64,000 bases of DNA. Origin: Acidobacteriota bacterium. GTDB lineage: Bacteria > Acidobacteriota > UBA6911 > RPQK01 > JAJDTT01. The stretch covers positions 1,024,001 through 1,088,000 of the forward strand of contig OZ242374.1 in assembly GCA_965209055.1 (NCBI GenBank), in the 5' to 3' direction. Made by a program: the position numbers and the translations under genes. The stretch's first letter is position 1, and every line of letters begins with the position of its first letter. The notes under the pieces are model-generated. The model worked only from the letters and a program-made list of their open reading frames with translations, was not told the DNA's origin and did not search any database. This document shows positions 56,708 to 64,000 of this stretch, one piece after another.

Positions 56708-58033
56708 ATGACTGAGACCTCCCGGACCATGCTGCTGAACGCGGGACCGGCCCATCCGGCCATGCACGGCGTCATCCGCATCGAATTGGGCCTGGACGGA
56801 GAAGTGGTCCGCCAGGCCGACGTGGAGATCGGGTTCCTCCACCGGGGTTTCGAAAAGCATTGCGAGGCGTCCAGCTACACCCAGTGTTTTCCCTACACCG
56901 ACCGGCTCAACTACGTCTCCCCGCTCATCAACAACTTCGCGTTCGCCGCGGGCGTCGAGAAGCTGATGGGCCTGGAGGTCCCGGAGCGCTGCCAGTACAT
57001 CCGGGTGCTCATGAGCGAGATCTCCCGGATCTGCGACCACCTGACCTGTATCGGAGCCTCGGCCATGGAGTTGGGGGTGTTCTCCGTGTTCCTGTACATG
57101 ATCAAGGCCCGGGAGTGGCTGTGGGAACTGGTGGAGGAGGTCACGGGCGCCCGGCTCACCGTCTCCTACGGGCGGATCGGCGGCGTCAAGGCGGACCTCA
57201 CCGCCGATTTCGCCGAGCGCTGCCGGGAGGTGACGGCAAAGGTGTCCGAGGTTCTGGTCGAGGTGGATGAGCTCCTCACCCGCAATCGCATCTTCTACGA
57301 CCGGATGCGGGGAGTGGGCGTCATCTCCGCCGAGTCCGCCGCCGGATACGGCATCACGGGACCCTTTCTGAGGTCCACCGGCATCGACTACGACGTTCGC
57401 AAGGCTTCTCCCTACTTTGTCTACGACCGCATGGATTTCGATGTGCCGGTGGGCGGGCAAGGCGATAACATGGACCGCTACCTGGTTCGGATGGAGGAGA
57501 TGCGGCAGTCGTTGCGGATCGTCGAGCAATGCCTGGAACAGATGCCCGAGGGGCCGACCAACGTGGATCCGGACGGAAAACTGATCTCCCCCGACCTGAT
57601 GGCGGATCTGGGGAAGTTCGGCAAGACCCAGGGCCTGTTGAGCAACGAGGTTCTGATCGAGCCGACCCTCCAGGGATCGGAGAAGCGCTTCCACGACCGG
57701 GTCTACTCCGCCGACAAGGCGAGCCGGCTCCCGGCCAAGGAGCAGGTCTACTCCAACATCGAGGCCCTGATGAATCACTTCAAGATCGTGATGATGGGCC
57801 ACGGGATCCGCCCTCCCCGCGGAGAAGTCTATTTCCCGGTGGAGGGCGCCAACGGCGAGTTGGGATTCTATATCGTCAGCGACGGGAGCGACCGGCCCTG
57901 GCGTGTCCGGTGCCACCCGCCCTGCTTCCCCATCATGGCCGCCCTCTCCAGCATCCTGGAAGGGGACCAGATAGCGGACATCATTCCCACCTTCGGATCG
58001 GTCAACATGATCGCGGGAGAACTGGACCGTTGA
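56708..58033 (+). CDS. nuoD: NADH-quinone oxidoreductase subunit D
   Basis: GPAHPAMHG, GFLHRGFEK, DRLNY, EGANGELG, GELDR; ATG 56708 downstream of the MITE. Confidence 0.96.
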   Translation: MTETSRTMLLNAGPAHPAMHGVIRIELGLDGEVVRQADVEIGFLHRGFEKHCEASSYTQCFPYTDRLNYVSPLINNFAFAAGVEKLMGLEVPERCQYIRVLMSEISRICDHLTCIGASAMELGVFSVFLYMIKAREWLWELVEEVTGARLTVSYGRIGGVKADLTADFAERCREVTAKVSEVLVEVDELLTRNRIFYDRMRGVGVISAESAAGYGITGPFLRSTGIDYDVRKASPYFVYDRMDFDVPVGGQGDNMDRYLVRMEEMRQSLRIVEQCLEQMPEGPTNVDPDGKLISPDLMADLGKFGKTQGLLSNEVLIEPTLQGSEKRFHDRVYSADKASRLPAKEQVYSNIEALMNHFKIVMMGHGIRPPRGEVYFPVEGANGELGFYIVSDGSDRPWRVRCHPPCFPIMAALSSILEGDQIADIIPTFGSVNMIAGELDR

Positions 58034-58587
58034 GCTTCGAGTTCACCCGCGAGCGGCGGGAGCGCCTGGATTCCCTCCTCGAGATCTACCCGACCCGGCG
58101 AGCCGCCCTGCTCCCCGCTCTCCACCTGGTGCAGGAACAGTTGGGATACATCTCCCCCGAGGGGGAGGAGCACGTGGCCCGGATTCTGGATCTGCCGGTC
58201 ATCGACGTCCACGAGGTCCTGACCTTCTACACCCTTTACCGGACCCGTCCCATGGGACGCCGGCACATTCGCGTCTGCACCAGCATCTCCTGCTGGGTCC
58301 GGGGCTGCCGCGGCGTCCAGAGACACCTGGAGGAGAAACTGGGCGTCGCCAGCGGAGGAACCACCGCCGACGGCGAGTTCAGTTGGGAGGCGGTCCAGCA
58401 GTGCATGGGGGCCTGCGAACTGGCTCCCATGATGCAGGTGGGGGACGACTACCATGGCCCTCTGGATGGGGCTGAAGTGGATCGGATCCTCGATGGAGAG
58501 CGAGAGCAAGGTCGGAACGGGCGATTGGAAATCGCCCCCCCGGTGGACCGGATCCGGGACGGCGAGACCTCGCGGGGAGAGGCGTGA
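58030..58587 (+). CDS. nuoE: NADH-quinone oxidoreductase subunit E
   Basis: TFYTLY, CTSISC, CMGAC 2Fe-2S ligands; TTG start overlapping the nuoD stop. Confidence 0.92.
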   Translation: MSFEFTRERRERLDSLLEIYPTRRAALLPALHLVQEQLGYISPEGEEHVARILDLPVIDVHEVLTFYTLYRTRPMGRRHIRVCTSISCWVRGCRGVQRHLEEKLGVASGGTTADGEFSWEAVQQCMGACELAPMMQVGDDYHGPLDGAEVDRILDGEREQGRNGRLEIAPPVDRIRDGETSRGEA

Positions 58588-59909
58588 TGGGCCGGCTCCG
58601 ACTCATCTCGCGCGACTTCGGCAATCCCCAGGCTCGAAAGCTCGAGTACTACCGCGCGCACGGCGGCTACGAGGCGGCGCTCAAGGCCCTGGACCAGATG
58701 GCCCCGAAACGGATCACCGAGGAGGTGATCAAGTCGAATCTCCGCGGCCTGGGAGGCGCCGGCTTCCCGGTGGGGCGGAAGTGGAGTTTCGTTCCTTCCG
58801 GCACGGGCAAACCCATCTACCTGGTGGTCAACGCCGACGAGGGGGAGCCGGGGACCTTCAAGGACCGCTACATCATGGAGTGGGACCCCCACCGGCTCCT
58901 GGAAGGGATGATCATCTGCGCCCGCGCGGTGGGAATCCATACCGCCTATATCTACATCCGCGGCGAGTACGTCCATCCCGAACGGATCCTCCGGGAGGCC
59001 ATCGAAGAGGCCTATCGGGCCGGTATTCTCGGGAATCGGGTTCTGGGCCGTGATTTCTCGCTCGACGTCCACATGCACGTGGGAGCGGGGGCCTACATCT
59101 GCGGCGAGGAGACCGGCCTCCTGGAGTCGCTGGAGGGCAAGAAGGGATGGCCCCGGCTCAAACCGCCCTTCCCGGCGGTGGTGGGCGCCTTCGGGTGCCC
59201 CACGGTCATCAACAACGTGGAGTCCCTGACCTATCTTCCCCACATCGTGACTCACGGCGGGGAGTGGTTTGCGAACCTGGGCTCGGAGCGCAACGGAGGC
59301 CTGCGCCTGTTTTCCCTCTCTGGCGACGTCAAGCGGCCCGGGGTCTACGAGCTCCCCATGGGGACCCCCCTGAGAGAGCTGATCTACGACTGCGGCGGGG
59401 GGATGGCCGACGGCAAGAAATTGAAGGCGGTGATCCCCGGAGGAAGCTCGGCCGCCGTCCTCACCGCCGACGAGATCGACGTTCCTCTGGATTTCGACCA
59501 CCTGGCCGGGATCGGTTCCATGCTGGGTTCCGCCGGGATCGTGGTCATGGCCGAGGATGTCTGCATGGTGAAGGCCATACGCGTGATCAGCCATTTCTAC
59601 GCTCACGAGTCGTGCGGCCAGTGCACTCCCTGCCGGGAGGGCACCGGTTGGGTGGCCCGGACGTTGGACGCCATCCTCTCGGGCCGGGCGCGGCGGCGTT
59701 CGGTGGAAGATCTGCTGCAGATCGCGGACGACATGTCGGGAACCTCCATCTGCGCCCTCTGTGACGGCGCCGCCATGCCCTTGAGAAGTTTCCTGGTCAA
59801 GTTCAGAGACGAGTTCGACCAATACCTGAAGCACGGAAGCGGCAAACAGGAGCGGCCGGTCCCGGCCGGAGCCAAAAACGTGACGGCGCTCCGGCAGAGC
59901 GCCGGCTGA
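58584..59909 (+). CDS. nuoF: NADH-quinone oxidoreductase subunit F
   Basis: RGLGGAGFP, NADEGEPGTFKD, GAYICGEET, SCGQCTPCREG. Confidence 0.97.
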   Translation: MMGRLRLISRDFGNPQARKLEYYRAHGGYEAALKALDQMAPKRITEEVIKSNLRGLGGAGFPVGRKWSFVPSGTGKPIYLVVNADEGEPGTFKDRYIMEWDPHRLLEGMIICARAVGIHTAYIYIRGEYVHPERILREAIEEAYRAGILGNRVLGRDFSLDVHMHVGAGAYICGEETGLLESLEGKKGWPRLKPPFPAVVGAFGCPTVINNVESLTYLPHIVTHGGEWFANLGSERNGGLRLFSLSGDVKRPGVYELPMGTPLRELIYDCGGGMADGKKLKAVIPGGSSAAVLTADEIDVPLDFDHLAGIGSMLGSAGIVVMAEDVCMVKAIRVISHFYAHESCGQCTPCREGTGWVARTLDAILSGRARRRSVEDLLQIADDMSGTSICALCDGAAMPLRSFLVKFRDEFDQYLKHGSGKQERPVPAGAKNVTALRQSAG

Positions 59910-59913
59910 TCGG

Positions 59914-61497
59914 GTGAACCTCATGGTCACGGTCAATATCGACGGACAGGACATCCAGGTCGAACCGGGCACCAACGTCCTGGAGGCGGCGGAGCGGTTG
60001 GGGGTGATGGTCCCCCGTTACTGCTACCACCCGGGGCTCAGCGTCGCCGGCAGTTGCCGCATGTGCGCCGTCGAGATCGAGGGCATGCCCAAGCTCCAGA
60101 TCTCCTGCCACACGCAGGTCCGGGCCGGCATGAAGGTCTCCACCGATTCGGCGCCGGTCGTCCGGATGCGCCAGGCCATGCTGGAGTTCCTGCTGGTCAA
60201 CCATCCACTCGACTGTCCCGTGTGCGACCAGTCGGGAGAGTGCGACCTCCAGAACTTCTACATGGAGCACGGCCTGCACGAGAGCCGGGTCTTCGAGGAC
60301 AAGATCAAGCGGAAGAAGGCGTTTCCCATCGGCCCCCACGTCATGCTGGACCAGGAGCGGTGCATCCTCTGCACCCGTTGCGTCCGCTTCTGCGAGGAGG
60401 TCTCGGAGAGCCACGAGCTGGGGGTCCTGGACCGGGGCGACCGGTCGGTCATCGACCTGTTTCCCGGCCGGGAGCTGGACAACAACTACTCGGGCAACGT
60501 CATCGACATCTGTCCGGTGGGGGCGTTGACCGAGCGGGAGTTCCGTTTCCAGTGCCGGGTCTGGTACCTGTCGCAGGAAGCGTCCATCTGCAACGGGTGT
60601 TCCCGAGGCTGCAACATCGCGGTCCACTTCAATACTCAGCGCAGCTACAAGGCCGACGGCCGGAGGGTGCAGAGGCTCAAGCCCAGGTTCAACCCGCTGG
60701 TGAACCGTTGGTGGATGTGCGACCAGGGCCGCTTCGGCTACGGGTTCGTCGACCGGGACCGCATCGAGAACCCCTGCCTGCGCGTTGGAGGGGAACTCCA
60801 GCCTCGCGCCTGGGACGAGGTTCTGGAGGAGGTGGCCACCGCTTTGCGGGCCGCCGTCGAGAAGTTCGGCGGGGAGGGACTGGGCGTCATCGCTTCTCCC
60901 CAGCAATCCAACGAGGAGCTCTACCTGGTCCGGAAGTTGTTCCGGGAGTTGCTGGGCGTCGCCCGAATCCCGTTCCGGAATCCCTGGGAGGAAGAGTCGG
61001 CGGCGGACGGAATCCTGCTGCTGGAAGACCGGAACCCCAACGGCCGCGGCGCCGCCGATCTGGGACTGCGGGGAGATGCCCAGCGGACCCTGGAGGACGC
61101 GGCGGCGGGTGCGGTGAAAATCCTCTACGTCTTCGGGCATGACTTCGATTCGGACCAGGCCCGGGAGTTGATCCGCCGGGCCGAATACGTGGTGTTTCAG
61201 GGGGCCAATTGGAACTCCACCGCCCGAATGGCCCACGCCGTCCTGCCCGGCGCCACCCACATGGAGAAGGAAGGGACGTTCACCAATTTCGAGGGACGGG
61301 TTCAGCACTTTGCCGAGGCGCTGCCGCCGCTGGGAGAGTCCAGGCCGGACCTGGAGATCCTGTGCGATCTGGCCCAGCGGTTGGGCCATGGCCTGTTGCA
61401 CCCCGAACCCGAGGATCTCTTCTCCGAGTGGCGGGGCAAGAGCTACCAGGACCTGGGAGAGTTCGGGGAGGTCCTCGGCCCGGGCGGCGCCGGCTGA
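59914..61497 (+). CDS. nuoG: NADH-quinone oxidoreductase subunit G (short form)
   Basis: CYHP..GSCRMC, HPLDCPVCDQSGEC, RCILCTRCVRFC, C..CSRGC..CD. Confidence 0.93.
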   Translation: MNLMVTVNIDGQDIQVEPGTNVLEAAERLGVMVPRYCYHPGLSVAGSCRMCAVEIEGMPKLQISCHTQVRAGMKVSTDSAPVVRMRQAMLEFLLVNHPLDCPVCDQSGECDLQNFYMEHGLHESRVFEDKIKRKKAFPIGPHVMLDQERCILCTRCVRFCEEVSESHELGVLDRGDRSVIDLFPGRELDNNYSGNVIDICPVGALTEREFRFQCRVWYLSQEASICNGCSRGCNIAVHFNTQRSYKADGRRVQRLKPRFNPLVNRWWMCDQGRFGYGFVDRDRIENPCLRVGGELQPRAWDEVLEEVATALRAAVEKFGGEGLGVIASPQQSNEELYLVRKLFRELLGVARIPFRNPWEEESAADGILLLEDRNPNGRGAADLGLRGDAQRTLEDAAAGAVKILYVFGHDFDSDQARELIRRAEYVVFQGANWNSTARMAHAVLPGATHMEKEGTFTNFEGRVQHFAEALPPLGESRPDLEILCDLAQRLGHGLLHPEPEDLFSEWRGKSYQDLGEFGEVLGPGGAG

Positions 61498-61520
61498 CGG
61501 GGGGCCCGCACGCGAACAAG

Positions 61521-62606
61521 ATGAGCACCCTGATCGTTCTGGCCAAGGTCTTCTTCCTTTTCAACGTGGTCATGGGCTTCGTCTATCTGCTCACCTGGCT
61601 GGAGCGGAAGCAGAGCGCCGTGATGCAGGATCGAATCGGCGCCAACCGAGCCAGCATCTTCGGGCTGCGCGCGCTGGGACTCTTTCACCCCATTGCCGAC
61701 GCCCTCAAGATGCTGACCAAGGAAGATTTCATCCCCAAGCAGGGGAACCGCCTGGTCCATACGCTGGCTCCCATCATCGCCCTTTTTTTCGCCCTGGTGA
61801 GCTTCGCCGTCATACCCTTCGGCGGCATCTACGAATGGGGGGGGCACACGGTGTCGCTCCAGATCCTGGATCTGAACGTGGGCCTGCTCTACGTGTTGGC
61901 CACCATGAGCATGGGGATCTACGGCTTCGTTCTCGCCGGCTGGTCTTCCGCCAACAATTTCGCCCTGCTGGGAGGCCTGAGAGCCGCCAGCCAGATGATC
62001 GCCTACGAAATCACCCTGGGCGCCACCCTCATCGGCCTGCTCATGGTCTTCGGGACGCTCCATCTCCAGGAAATGGTGCTCCAGCAGGGTGAGCTGTTGC
62101 TCGGCTGGCTCCCCCGCTGGGGAATCGTCCTGCAGCCGCTGGGCTTCATCCTGTTCACCACCGCCGCGCTGGCCGAGACCAAGCGCGTCCCCTTCGACAT
62201 TCCGGAAGGGGAATCGGAGATCATCGGGTATTTCGTCGAATACAGCGGAATGAAGTTCGGCATGTTCTTCACCGCCGACTTCGTGGAGACGGTGCTGGCG
62301 GCTTCGCTGGTCACCACCCTGTTTCTGGGGGGCTGGCAGGTGCCGTACCTTGCGGCGGGCGGATTCGAGTTTCCGTGGGGCGCCGCCTGGCCTCTGCCCC
62401 AGGCCGTGGTGCTGCTGCTCCAGGTCGGCGCGTTTCTTTTCAAGGTCTCGGTCTTCTGCTTCATCTTCATGCTCATCCGCTGGACCCTCCCCCGTTTCCG
62501 GTGGGACCAGCTCCTGAGACTGGGTTGGACCATGGTGCTGCCCCTCTCCATCCTCAACATCCTGGTGACGGGAGTGGTCCTCCTGTGGCAGGAGGCGAGC
62601 TTGTGA
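61521..62606 (+). CDS. nuoH: NADH-quinone oxidoreductase subunit H
   Basis: ERK...QDRIG, ADALKMLTKED, SQMIAYE, AETKRVPFD, RWTLPRFR. Confidence 0.96.
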   Translation: MSTLIVLAKVFFLFNVVMGFVYLLTWLERKQSAVMQDRIGANRASIFGLRALGLFHPIADALKMLTKEDFIPKQGNRLVHTLAPIIALFFALVSFAVIPFGGIYEWGGHTVSLQILDLNVGLLYVLATMSMGIYGFVLAGWSSANNFALLGGLRAASQMIAYEITLGATLIGLLMVFGTLHLQEMVLQQGELLLGWLPRWGIVLQPLGFILFTTAALAETKRVPFDIPEGESEIIGYFVEYSGMKFGMFFTADFVETVLAASLVTTLFLGGWQVPYLAAGGFEFPWGAAWPLPQAVVLLLQVGAFLFKVSVFCFIFMLIRWTLPRFRWDQLLRLGWTMVLPLSILNILVTGVVLLWQEASL

Positions 62607-62690
62607 CGAAGCGCCTGTCTTGCAGACGGAGAGGCAGTCGGCGTAGTCTCACGGAGTGCGGACCGCCAGGGAAATGAACGGGAACTGATC

Positions 62691-63218
62691 ATGGCCATCA
62701 AGAAGGTCGAGGCCAGGCTGAGTTTCTGGGAATCCACCTATCTTCCGGAGATCCTGAAGGGACTCCGGCTCACCGCGCGCCATTTCTTCCGCAACCTCCT
62801 GGTCCACATGGCCCACCGGGTGGGTTTGGCGCGGCATCTCCGCGGCGCCGAGACCTATCAGTATCCGGAAGAGCGGCGGCCGCTGGCGTCCCGGCTGCGG
62901 ACCCTGCATCGGCTGACCCGGAGGGACGATGGATCGCCCCGGTGCGTGGCCTGCATGATGTGCGAGACGGCCTGCCCCGCCCGCTGCATCTACATCGTGG
63001 CCGGCGAGCACCCCAATCCCCAGATCGAAAAGTACCCGGTGCGTTTCGACATCGACCTGGGCCTGTGCGTCTTCTGCGGTTACTGCGTGGAGGCGTGTCC
63101 CGAGGACGCGATCCGGATGGACACGGGAATTCTGGAGTTCTCCTCCTACTCGCGGGAAGGGATGATCTACGACATGGAGAAGCTCCTGGAGCATTCACCC
63201 GCGCCGCAAAAGGATTGA
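62691..63218 (+). CDS. nuoI: NADH-quinone oxidoreductase subunit I
   Basis: YPEE, CVACMMCETACP and CVFCGYCVEACP. Confidence 0.95.
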   Translation: MAIKKVEARLSFWESTYLPEILKGLRLTARHFFRNLLVHMAHRVGLARHLRGAETYQYPEERRPLASRLRTLHRLTRRDDGSPRCVACMMCETACPARCIYIVAGEHPNPQIEKYPVRFDIDLGLCVFCGYCVEACPEDAIRMDTGILEFSSYSREGMIYDMEKLLEHSPAPQKD

Positions 63219-63231
63219 TTCCTGCCGCCTT

Positions 63232-63852
63232 TCAGCCGAACACTCGCTGGAAGGAGCGCCAGTAGACCTCCTTGACCTCCTCCATGGCCGGCGCGGCTCC
63301 CGCCTCGGCCGCCAGGGAAGTCACCGGGCAGCCCGCCATGCCGCAGGGGTTGATCAACTGGAAGTACCTCATGTCGGGGTTCAGGTTCAGGGCGAAACCG
63401 TGCATCGTCACCCAGCGGCGCACGCCCACGCCGATGGACCCCAACTTGCCGCGCCGGGTCCAGATGCCGGTCAGGCCCTCCCGGCGGAACGCCTGAACCC
63501 CGAAATGGGCGGCCGTGTCCAGCAGGCTCTGCTCCAGGGTCCGCAGGAACAACCCCACGTCGCGTCCCCGTCCCCGCAGGTCCAGATGCGGGTACCCTAC
63601 CAGTTGCCCCGGCCCGTGATAAGTCACGTCGCCGCCGCGATTGATTCGAACCAGGTCGATGGCATGCCCGTCGGGATCCAAGGAAGCCAACAGGTTCCGG
63701 GCGTTCCCCCCGCTCCCCACCGTAAACACATGGGGATGCACGACCAGGTGGAGCGTCTCCTCCTGGCGGCCGGCCGCAACCCGGCGGACCGACTCGTCCT
63801 GAAGCGCATAGGCCTCCGCAAATGGCAGCACCCCCAGGTCATGCAGAATCAC
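63232..63852 (-). CDS. lipB: Octanoyltransferase LipB
   Basis: HPHVFT, RGGDVTYHGPGQLVGYP, KLGSIG, HGFALN, INPCG. Confidence 0.95.
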   Translation of the reverse strand: MILHDLGVLPFAEAYALQDESVRRVAAGRQEETLHLVVHPHVFTVGSGGNARNLLASLDPDGHAIDLVRINRGGDVTYHGPGQLVGYPHLDLRGRGRDVGLFLRTLEQSLLDTAAHFGVQAFRREGLTGIWTRRGKLGSIGVGVRRWVTMHGFALNLNPDMRYFQLINPCGMAGCPVTSLAAEAGAAPAMEEVKEVYWRSFQRVFG

Positions 63853-63875
63853 GTGAGAATCTTAGCATCGGGGAA

Positions 63876-63985
63876 CGGCGACATGGAGCGGCGACATGGA
63901 GCGGCGACATCCCTGTCGCCGAGGGGGGGTTAGGGGGGACGCAGTCCCCCCTGTACACTTCCTCTCCCCCCTCCCAAACCGCCGT
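63876..63985. repeat. REP-like composite element (uninterrupted analogue of the integrase target)
   Basis: (CGGCGACATGGAG)x2, CGGCGACATCCCTGTCGCCG, G-run, GGGGGGAC-GCA-GTCCCCCC (63933-63951), CCCAAACCGCCG. Confidence 0.7.
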
Positions 63986-64000
63986 CCCGCCAATTTTTGT

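Noticed and set aside
59914-61497. nuoG as a truncated pseudogene
   Set aside because: All N-terminal Fe-S motifs are intact, there is no frameshift, and nuoH follows 23 bp later; short NuoG forms are known
124-63933. Many long alternative-frame and antisense ORFs (e.g. 3765-5345, 14663-16342, 31005-32621, 40475-42163, 59803-61401)
   Set aside because: They overlap well-supported genes and have Arg/Pro/Gly-rich or antisense-codon composition typical of high-GC shadow ORFs

Overview
High-GC bacterial chromosomal window. Gene content (VWA_Acidobact-type protein, nuoN-atpZ-atpI-atpB-atpE order, valS-nadC-birA) points to Acidobacteriota; this is an inference. Most of it is housekeeping: the distal complex I genes (nuoK'LMN) with the Fo a and c genes, a BrnT/BrnA toxin-antitoxin pair, a System I*-type cytochrome c maturation operon (CcmE with CxxxY) with a nucleoside transporter inside it, dnaK, an envelope cluster (DedA, LolA/LolD-like, PgsA-like, MlaEFD), aroC-def-fmt-rsmB, PASTA-rpe-bamD, valS-nadC-birA-ftsY, dprA-topA, siroheme genes, and a nuoA-I block lying in reverse orientation between lipB and lipA. 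The most unusual feature is a ~3.17 kb integrative element (40605-43773) bounded by a 10-bp direct repeat, GGGGACGGCA. Removing it restores a palindromic REP-like element, and a similar uninterrupted copy sits at ~63898-63985. The element encodes one intact P4-like tyrosine integrase. Its remaining ~1.75 kb has no convincing genes but holds two diverged ~170-bp structured repeats with a compensatory base change and a recurring GATGTAA/TTACATC motif. Two copies of a ~160-bp MITE and many REP-like palindromes are also present. All calls come from reading the sequence; no database searches were run.
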